64,000 nt of DNA. Source: Amoebidium appalachense. Lineage: Eukaryota > Protista > Ichthyosporea. The translations under genes and the position numbers were made by a program. The notes under the pieces are model-generated. The model did no database searches and was not told the origin of the DNA. It saw nothing but the letters and a program-made list of their open reading frames with translations. Position 1 is the first letter of the stretch; each line of letters starts with the position of its first letter. The stretch lies in the NCBI GenBank assembly GCA_963693365.1, contig CAVNZM010000015.1, forward strand, positions 1,488,001-1,552,000, given 5' to 3'. This document shows positions 49,842 through 64,000 of the stretch, piece after piece.

Positions 49842-50489
49842 GGCCATAATATTATCCATCCAACCACACCCTCTTCGTTTAAACCATCTGTCAGATATCC
49901 TCGTATTATAATCAGCCACTATTATTATCAACCCCCCCCCCCCCCCCCCCCTCCTTCCGAACAGAGCCTCACATGTAAACTGACACACACATTTTGGCAA
50001 TTGCAACCTCCCCCCCCCTCCCCCCCCTCCCCCCCCCCCCCTCCCCCCCCCCCAAAAAAAACACCCTTTAAAAGCCTGCCCGTCTACCCCCTCCCCCTCT
50101 TCCCTTTTACATCAAAAATAGCCCATTTGCAGCGGCACACTGAAATTCAAATATTCGGGCCCCCCTCCCCCCCCCCCCCCCCCCCCCCCCCCCCACTGGG
50201 CCGGCCCCGTGACCCCCATCCCATCTCGTTAAATTTTTGACCCCCTGCGGAAAATTCCGAAGGCTCTCGAGATAAGTTATTGACTATTATCAATAGTAAA
50301 AAAGATATACTAAAAAAAATAATATCACGCCACGTGCACAACACTTGAAATCAATATCAATACACTTAGGTAAACACTCAACCGTACATATCATCGGATG
50401 CCATGATCAAAAACCTAGATTAGACCCACAGGCCCCTCGGAGTCCCCCTTCGGTGGCCAGCCCTACCCGGCCAGCCCTCCAGCACCGGG

Positions 50490-50569
<80 letters not shown>

Positions 50570-50576
50570 CCCCCCC

Positions 50577-50607
<31 letters not shown>

Positions 50608-50830
50608 ACACACACCCCCACCCCACCCCACCGCCTGCACCCCTGGCCCCCCTCTCTCTTTGAAACTAACCGTAGTACCCCGCTTCCCTTTTCCCGGCCT
50701 CCCCCAGGGCCTCCCCCGGTGGACTTTCCTGTAGGCTAACACTGTCCCACAAGATTTCCGGAATTCCGACCCCTTCACATCCCTCCACGCCCCTTCGATC
50801 GCTGAAGTTCTCTCGCCCCTCTCTTTAATA

Positions 50831-50866
<36 letters not shown>

Positions 50867-51077
50867 TTCCCTTCTCCCCCCTCCTTCTCAAACCAAAACA
50901 AGGTCGGGAAGCCACTGATCATGAGACAAAACGGTCACTTATTATACTATTTTACTATTATTGCTACATATACTGGGATGACCTTGGCTAATCACAACAC
51001 CATCAGTCTGGGGCAACTTGCATTATTGCACTGATCTGTGTCCCCCCCCCCCCCACCCCCCGGCCTACACCGGCACA

Positions 51078-51197
<120 letters not shown>

Positions 51198-52590
51198 ACA
51201 GTGACTCCCCGGACCCCGATTTACACGAATAATTATAACCTAAGCCTTGCCCCTAGTCTTTGCCATATAGAAGCAAAGTTCGCATGCGAGTCCTCAAGGA
51301 CAATGCCCCATGGATCGTGTTATGCGACATGTGTGTACGGCTTAAAGCTTTTTGATATTCTTTAGCTGATGATCACGTACCGTGCACGTGTACTACATCA
51401 TATGCATTTTCATTAAAGATGCCGTGCCGCCTATAGAACTCTGCCTTTCAGGTTTTTGATGATTCATAACATAACTTACCATTTAGGTAGTAGTACTGGC
51501 ATGGCATCATTGAAACTTATCACAGTATTAATCCAGTGATTCTGATTCACTGCTTCTTTGAATCAAAGTTTTATCGGAGTTAATAATGATCCTGAGAGAT
51601 TTAACTTTAAGGGACTCCCCCCCCCCCCGCATATGGCCATATGCCCCCCCCCCCCCCCCCCCATTCTGACCATGGGGGGGGGGGGGGGGGGGGGGAGCAC
51701 ATCAACTTCCTTCAATGATCAATGATACTATGACATCTGTGCTGGAATATATGCACTGTTTCGAACTCATTTTCGAGAAGTTCCAGCAAATAATCATTTG
51801 ATCAATGGAAGGGATAGAAAACTTTCTCCAAGACAGCGTGTTAAATATCTCATAAAAATAATATCTCGGTTACTTCAAGTACTGTAACATGTAGCGGAAT
51901 TGAATAGAAACATGTCGTTGAAACGGGCTGCACCATTTTTGCAAATATTTTGGGTAGAAACCAAGCCGTCCCCCCTCCCCCCCCCCCCCCCCCCTTCCCC
52001 GTGCACGCCGCAAAGACGTGATATTAGCGTAACAGTTACACTGAGTGTATACGACGTGTGTAAGTTGTGTGGGTGTGTGCGTGGGTGGGCGGTCCGTGGT
52101 CACGTGGGGGGCCGGGGGGAGGGGGGGGGGGGGGGAGGGGAGGGAGGGGGAGGGGGAGTGAAAGAGGAATCGAGCTCGAAGAGACTCAGAGGAGGCCGAA
52201 ACGACGCGGGGGGGGGGGGGGGGGGGGGGTAGATCTGGATCCAGGGAGACCTAGAAGGGCTGAGAGGCAGACCTAATACCGGAGAGAGGGGGGCCGGGGA
52301 GGGTAAAGACAGAGAGAGAGATTCTGAAAGAGAGAGAGCTCGAGATAGAGCTCAAAAGAGAGGGAGGAGAGAGAGAAGGAGCGACAGAGAGAGGCCCTGG
52401 GAGAGAGAGGGGGAGTCTCGAGAGGGGAGAGAGAGAGAGAGAAGGAGAAAGAGAGAGAGAGAGAAGGAGAAAGAGAGAGAGAGAGGGGGAGAGAGAGGGA
52501 GAGAGAAGAAGGGCTGAGCCGGGTAGAGTTTGTGTACGTGTCTCTGTGTGTGTGAGGGGCCGGGGACGGGACCGGGAGGGCGTCCAGCCC

Positions 52591-52666
<76 letters not shown>

Positions 52667-52778
52667 TTCACTTGAGGAGACAGGGGTGAGAGAGGAAGAC
52701 AGGGAGCTAGAGAGAGGGCGAGAGCCTCGAGAGAGAGAGATCTAGAGAGATATCTGGAGAGATTGGGGGGGGTGGGGG

Positions 52779-52825
<47 letters not shown>

Positions 52826-52953
52826 CGAGATCTATCTATCTATCTACTAGAGAGGACCGGGAGAGACGAGCGAGAGAGAGAGAGAGACTGAGAAAGATAG
52901 AGATGGTCTTACAAGAGAGAGAGACAGAGAGAGAGAGAGAGAGGGAGAGAGAG

Positions 52954-53103
<150 letters not shown>

Positions 53104-53415
53104 TGTGTGTGTACAATAGTAGTGTACATACATGTGTGTGACCGGAGAGAGCTCTAATTAGGGAATCGGAACCGTTATTCATGGTGGAGAGAGAGGCCGG
53201 GGTGAGACATCCGATCCGGATCATATCATGAGACTAAGAGAGGGGGAGAAGAATGGGGAACTCCGAGGGGGTGCAGGAGGGGACCGAGGGGTCCGGGGGA
53301 CATGGGGGCTAGCGCTAGCACCTCTCATAAAAACACCAAGATATACATACTGTATGATGATGATGCGCACACGTGCACATACAAACATACACACACACAC
53401 ATGTCACACACAGTG

Positions 53416-53494
<79 letters not shown>

Positions 53495-55488
53495 CACACC
53501 GTGACGTGCACACACACACGCACACACACGCGCGCGCGCACACACGCACGCACGCACGCGCGCGCGCACACACACGCACACCATATGTTTCCAAATGCAT
53601 CCTCTCTCTAGCCTAATATAGGCTCTGAAACGACCTGAAGGCACTACGAGCACGTGCACTGTACATGTGACACCACGTGACTCATGTGTGTGCACGTGAC
53701 ACACGATGTATACGCATCGCCATACGTATGTCATGATACATATATATTCCCGTGCATGCACACAATACATACATTGAAATGTTGTGCAGTCGTTACCATG
53801 TGCGTAGATACTAATATTATGCATGGTGATGATTTTTGTAGTTATCATGTGCGTGGATACTAATATTATATATGGTGATGTTACACTGGTGTAAGCTTAG
53901 GCTAGTGACTAAAAATAGAAAACTAAATATAGGCACACGTCACACGTGGACACGTGACGTGAATGGCGACACGTATGGTCGGACTCGTTCGTGACTCCCA
54001 GATCCGAGTGATATGCGATCAAAGCCTGAACATCATGATTCAAGCATGATCATGATTCATGACCATGCGTGCACTGCCGAAATTTTGGCAGACTACATAT
54101 ATATAGCTATGTTCGCTGCTTATTATTCACTGACGATAGCACTAATATGCCACTGTAACGACGACGCGTACATGTAGCCTACGTATATTTCTGGTTTTCT
54201 TACAGGGATTCTTCTTAAGTCCTACTACTCCTATCAACAATTTTGCCCCACTAATATAGCGCTAGGAGTAGGCCGTAGATAGCATGAACACGATGACAAA
54301 AGGCAGAAAAGGATACCTGTGAACGGGGCTCGGCTAGCCCCTGGGCCGGGAGAACGGTCTTGGTTCGCTCCGGACCAATCGGAGACTTCTTTGGATTTAC
54401 ATGTGCAAATTTTGTTTTTGAATTTTGGTTGTTCGAATTCTGGCCGCGATATGATCGGATGATGATGCAAACTGTTTGTGATATACATAGTATGCATCTT
54501 TATCAAAAGTGCTGGTACTTCTATAACTTTAGCTAAAAAATTGGGCTAGGGTTTTCATTTCATTACTTTGCATCTATTCATGACTTTTAGTTAAATACTT
54601 GAGATAGCGGCATGCCCGATCATCTACATTAGTAGACTACACAAGTAATCATGACTCTTGAGGCTCGCCAAAACGTTTTGGGATATCTGATAGATGGTAT
54701 CTGGTGACTTTAGGGTTTAGGGAAACGGTGCGAACCGCTCGTTTCATTGGCTGCAGATACATCTACTCCGCTTGCTTTGAAGAGTCGCTTTGACTTGGTT
54801 CGATTTGTGTGACCTCAATAACAATGCAATAGCAATATGTATATTGCATTAAATTTCTATAATGCGTCAATATAACACTCATATTTTGACAAAATTCTAT
54901 CCCTCTTTCTTGTGTTCCTTCCACCTTGGCCAGCACTGTTGCCGAAGGCCCGAAGCCATACGACATGCAAAGTTCCACCCTGTGATCTGGGAGTGGGAGT
55001 CGGGAGGCTCGGGATCATCGGATGAATGCATGACTTCAGAGGAAGTTCTGTACTGTACCGTCTTCGTGCACACACACCTGTACAGCTGCAGTCACACACA
55101 CACACACACACAGACACATACACGCGGTTCGTGACTCGTGTTTTCCACTCGAAGGCGAAGTTATTGTTTCTTTGTCACCCCTCCTTTTCTTTTTCTATCT
55201 AACGCTTCTACCAATTGCTGCAACCGTGAGTATGTTTACGTTACGCAATACATAATCTGCTATACGGCTTGAAAAGGTGCAATTCCATGGATCCCGCAAT
55301 CAGGCCCATTCATAGCAATCAGGCGCACTGTTTCCCATTCATAGTATGTAGCAGCGAGGCTCCTTCTTCTTAAGCGAGTAAGCACTCGTCATGGGCTGAG
55401 CTTGGAAAGGAGGGAACAGCGCACGGTGCACCCGTTTTTTTTTTGTTTTTTTTTTAAATTTCATGTCATACTCTCGTTATTTGAAACC

Positions 55489-59161
<3,673 letters not shown>

Positions 59162-60556
59162 TTGAATAGTTAGATTTTAACGGGCTCAAATGATTGGGCA
59201 GGTGTATTTGATTAGTTGGTTGATCGGTTATGTGTTGTGGGTTTGTTGTAAGATCCTTATATGGGGGTGTTTTTCTAAGATTGAAGGTGCTGATCTCGCC
59301 GGATATATGTTTTCGTAGTGAATGATAGAAATATGCGTGATCGTGCACGCATACATGTCATTGGGTTTTGGTGAGTGGTAAACTAGAAAGTTGCATGCAG
59401 GTTCCACAAAACGATCCATTTTCACGTGTATCTTATGCCAAGTACCAGTCGTGTCAGTGAATGTACGTATACCGAGTTTTGATTCTTCTTGAGTTGTGGA
59501 AGTTATTGGTGTTGAAAACTTGGGATGACTGAGGGCCCCCTTTGGGGGAAGGGGGGGGGGGGGGGAGGGGGGGGGAGGGGGGGGGGGGGGGGGGGGGGGG
59601 ACAGGTTAGGTAGGATGTCTTGCAGCATACAATAATGAAATGTTCGGGTTGAAGGGGGTTTGGTAGGGTAGACTGCCATTTATATTATTGTTAGTACTAG
59701 TACTACTGTTTGGGGGGGGGAGGGGGGGGGGGGGGGGGGGGGAAGGAAGGGAGGGAGGGAGGCTGGATTGATGATATTCACAGCTGTAGCAAATCTTGTG
59801 TGGGGGTCCCCGAACAGGTTCATATCGTAATAGTGACAGTACGTACTTTATCTTATGACTCGAATGTTCACTCTGTTTTTAAAACGTAATGTTTCAATAT
59901 GTACATAAGGAAAACCTTCCAATTGATTGAACATAGCAAATAATCATGATATTAATAAACTTTTCGTCATATCCGTATTAAATTTAGTTTTAAAGCGGCA
60001 CGACCGTACGAGTTGTACATGCATGAGATCCATTTTTACGGCCGAGGGAGCAGGATGGGAGTAGGTGTAGGGTGCATTTATTTGAGCCTAAAGTGCGCAT
60101 GTCGACAAGGCTCATAATGCAACACAGAATTAGCATGTGTGCACACAGTATGTGCAGTAACTCCAACTGCCATATATATATACACACAGCACTGGCACGT
60201 GCACACGGTACTAGTTGCCACTGTCACAAATATATACACACAGTGCTGGCATGTGCACACAGTACTAGTTGCATGTGATATATGCACACAGCACTGGCAT
60301 GTGCGTGCACATATGTACAGTACTGCTACATCTAGCGAACTAGTGATAACCCATATATTTTAAAAATATTGAAGAGGGATTTCCGGATCCAGTCACATCG
60401 CTTCATATTTTAAGAGGGATTTCCGGATCCAATCAGATCATCGAATTTCAGTTTATTCGATTCCATGACCCGTCCGGGTGTTATCACTAATTGGCCCTAT
60501 GTATGATATATATATATGCACACAGCACCGGCTCATAGCACAATAATTCCTAAGAG

Positions 60557-60592
<36 letters not shown>

Positions 60593-60856
60593 CGCCCTCC
60601 CTCCCTCCCGCCGCGCCGCCCCACAGGGCCCCACCCCGACCGTTCTCCCAGCCAGGCCTCCCTTGGAGTTCCCCCACCCCTCCCCCCACCCCACCCCCAC
60701 CCCACCCCTTAAGCTCCTCTCTCCCTTGCCAGCCCCCTCCCCCTCTCTACGCCGGCAGTCTCTCTCGGCCTAGTACATACCAAAACTTACCATGTGCACG
60801 TATACGTGACGTTGAATGTCCCCTTCAGCCGGGATCCAGGAGTCTGCTCCTCTCCT

Positions 60857-60890
<34 letters not shown>

Positions 60891-61000
60891 AGCTCCTCAT
60901 TCCAGGCCCCCTGGCGCACACACGTGCTTGCACACACAAGCGCGCGTTGACAACCGGTGCCAACAACAACAACAACACCAACAACAACAACAACAACACA

Positions 61001-61084
<84 letters not shown>

Positions 61085-61104
61085 CACACACACATAAACA
61101 CACA

Positions 61105-61475
61105 CTGGGAATCTGCCTTCCGGGGGTCTCAATCCCATGTCTTTCGGTGGAAATTTCCCGTCGGGGGGTCCGAATCCCATGGGTTTCGGGGGCCTGTCGA
61201 TGGGTGCGGGGGGATATGGCAGGGACTTATGGGGGGTGCGAGGGAGCAGCCGGGGGGTTCTAAGAAGTCTGGGTAATTCAGTTATGAATTTTCATCTGAA
61301 GCCACAACTTCAAGTGTGGGCGTGGCAAAGGATATCATTGGTAGTTTCACAAACCAGATGACGGGTTGATAATATTTTGTGGGAGGTGAAAAAGAAGGGG
61401 TAGGAGGACACAAATAGAGAGGTACAGTACATACATTCAATCCCACCCGATGACTCGTAGCATTTATAATAAAGA

Positions 61476-61512
<37 letters not shown>
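61105..61512 (+). pseudogene. Possible processed pseudogene or retroposed 3' fragment encoding Gly/Pro-rich repeats
   Basis: Two 42-bp repeats encode GNLPSGGLNPMSFG and GNFPSGGPNPMGFG with many third-position differences. A frameshift and an in-frame TAA follow, then AATAAA (about 61468) and an A-run of about 34 nt. Confidence 0.35.
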
Positions 61513-61514
<2 letters not shown>

Positions 61515-61753
61515 CTGAACAGTGAATTCGTCAGTTAGCATGATACTGTATATGTACACCCCCTACTCCCTCATCCCCCCCCCCCCCCCCCCCCCTCCCC
61601 CCCCCCCCCCACCCCACAAAAAAAAAAAAAAAAAAAAAACTGGAGCCAATTCCTCTTTCCCTTCCCTTGTATGTTGCCTCTCTCCTCCACAATTTTCTTA
61701 TATCACTCTACTCGTTCCTGCTTCGAGGTAAACGTGTCGACCAAACTGTCCCA

Positions 61754-61785
<32 letters not shown>

Positions 61786-63031
61786 CCCGGGCCCCCCCCT
61801 CCCTGCCCCGGAGCCCTTCCCCCCCCCCCCCCCCCTCCCCCCGGGCCCCCCCTCCCTGCCCCGGAGCCCTCCCCCCCCCCCCCCCCCTCCACTACCCTCC
61901 CCTCCCCCCTCCCCCCGGTCTCCCCCCCTCCCCCCTATCTCCACCCCCATCCCTCCCCCCTGAGATTTCCCTTCCCTCCCCACCACCACGTGCACCACTT
62001 ATCCAATTTCTCCCCTCACACTTCCACCTAGTCACATCTACGACATTTACACTCTACCCTCTTATTTTCTAGTCCCCCGTGCAACATCACGCTTAGTCAT
62101 CTATGTTGCTTATACACTTGTCATTTAAAGTAGCCCACTTTTTTAACAGTGTAAGCGCGTACCCCTACTCCTCCCTATTGATACCCTCCCGTATCTGTTC
62201 TATCTCAATTGAACACAGGTCCACCCATTATGTATAAAAAAACAAACACAATTGTTAGCATATAATCGCCTTGCGCATTTTTTGGCCTATATCCGTGCTC
62301 TCCTTTGTTTCTTCCTATGTTTCGCACACATCTTTTTACTTTACTAACTGTTTTTTTATTGTACATGTTCTTACCAGCATTCTTCTCATAACATAGAAGG
62401 CACAGCAATGGTGCACATACAAGCATCTGCTTTCATTAAACTTATCAATCAGAAAATCACGGCCCAGTGTGTGTGTGCGTGTGTTAAGGTTATAATGATT
62501 ATTTTGCGGGTCCACAAAGTTGAGCGCATGTGCAAAACAAGCACACGAGCACACACAGAGCACAAGGAATCTGGAGGGAGGGGGGGGGGGGGAGGGGGAG
62601 GGGGTTGTTCTTATAGGGGAGGGGGGTGGGGGGTGGGGGGTGGGGGGAAAGTAGAGGGGGGAAGGGGGAATGAATCAGGGAAAGCAGGAGGGCCACTCTA
62701 CGTTCTTAAGGGAGTGGGGAGGAGGCGTGTGCGCGCGCGGGCGTGTGTGTGTGTGTGTGTGCGTGTTTGTGTGTGGGGAGGGGGGGGGGGGGGGGGGGGG
62801 GCAGGAGGGTGGGGGGGGGGGGGGGGGGGGGGGTGGAGAGTAGTGTGTGCGAGTGCGCGCGTGTGTGCGTGTGCGTGTGGGTGCCATGGAGTGGTTGTGA
62901 GTGTGTGCCTGTGTTTGCAGATGTCTGTGAGTGACAGTACATGTGTTCATGTATGCGTGTATGTGTGTGCATGTGCGCGTGTGCGTGTGTGCACGTGTTC
63001 GTGTGTATGTATCGACCCGACACACACATGG

Positions 63032-63107
<76 letters not shown>

Positions 63108-63940
63108 CGTGTGCGTGTTTGGTTGCATGTGTGGATGCGTGCATGTGTGTGTGCGAGCACAGTGTGTGCGTGCGTCCCAGCGTGTGGGTGTGTGTCTTGT
63201 GTTTGTGTGCAAAAAAAAATATCTCCGAGAACTTGAGAAAGGAGACAAGACGCAATAAGACGGAGAAAGCATGGGATGTGAGAGTAAAAGGCTATATGAG
63301 AGTAGAAGAAACGGCTAAGCCTTCATCTTAAGATGGTTCATAATCCGTGGGTGTGCATGCACAGTGGTTCAGGCTAACAACCCGGATACTACGACTACCG
63401 AGGCAATTTGGATTAGGAGGCTGTGCATAATTTCAAGATTCCGAGCGGACTGTAGGGTCCTCTATTCCCCTGGACATCCCCCCCCCCCCCCCCCCCCCTC
63501 TCCCCTGCCCCCTGCCCCCCCCCCACTCTTTTAGGGGGCTATTGAGTCTCAGGAATGGGCTGGGGTGGGATGTGATGCTTTTCTCTCTGTGTGGTGTCAC
63601 AGTGTCCCTTTTTTGTGTGCATGCACCTGTGCATGTGTGTGTGTGCGTGTGTGCGTGTGTTTGCGCATTCTGTTTGATGGTGGTCGTGGTTGTGGTGGTT
63701 GTGGTGATGGTTGCGGTGGCAGGTGGGGGGTGGGGTGGGGGGTCGGTGGGCGGGGGGAGGGGGGGGGGGGGGGGGGAGGGGGAGAGTGGAGGGGGTATAA
63801 GGGGGTGGGGGGGGGGGGGGGGGGGGGGTTATGTTAGACTTGGTATACGTGAGGAGCATACGTACAGAAGGTCGCCAGTGCATGTCACGCTTTTGCCAGT
63901 ACGCCATATGCATATGTTTGTGTTGAACGTTGGCCTTCAG

Positions 63941-64000
63941 CCAGCACCCGGAGACCACCACCTACCTCTGGGCCTGCCCGGCCCACGCCGGGAAGGTCCC
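63941..64000 (+). CDS. Possible internal exon of an unidentified gene continuing beyond the window
   Basis: ccttcag acceptor followed by C/G-ending codons typical of the other genes (QHPETTTYLWACPAHAGKV). No family recognised. Confidence 0.3.

Noticed and set aside
62376-62570. Minus-strand exon candidate (FLVLCVCSCACFAHALNFVDPQ...)
   Set aside because: Splice-like ends but no recognisable homology or partner exons, and partly made of repeat-derived sequence.
63372-63405. Possible echo of the 63941 exon (NNPDTTTT vs QHPETTTY)
   Set aside because: Too short and divergent to distinguish from chance.

Overview
Eukaryotic, very intron-rich genomic DNA, probably from a unicellular holozoan or another opisthokont (inferred from animal-like TAF2 and AMPK-gamma sequences). 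Introns and intergenic DNA are saturated with (CA/GT)n, (GA/TC)n and poly-G/poly-C tracts, so almost all of the supplied ORF track is repeat noise. I assembled exons by hand, checking phase. The window holds the 5' part of an AMPK gamma subunit gene (minus strand, runs off the left edge), divergent from a complete 37-exon TAF2 gene (5582-36690, about 1192 aa). It also holds a 7-exon GT61-like type II membrane glycosyltransferase (42266-47328), a frameshifted 7TM/GPCR-like gene (55489-59161), a possible processed pseudogene (about 61.1-61.5 kb), two MITE-like TIR elements in TAF2 introns and a degenerate foldback inverted repeat. The most striking signal is the splicing architecture. (1) Decaying tandem 'echo' copies of real splice junctions sit in the introns of all three intact genes, and most acceptor echoes lead straight into a stop codon. 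(2) TAF2 has a probable U2-type AT-AC intron, a U12-like intron and a GC-AG intron. (3) Many 3' splice sites have (CA)n, poly-C or G-rich sequence instead of a U-rich pyrimidine tract. (4) Some introns have complementary GT-rich and CA-rich halves. All gene models are unverified by RNA-seq, and homopolymer lengths may be unreliable.
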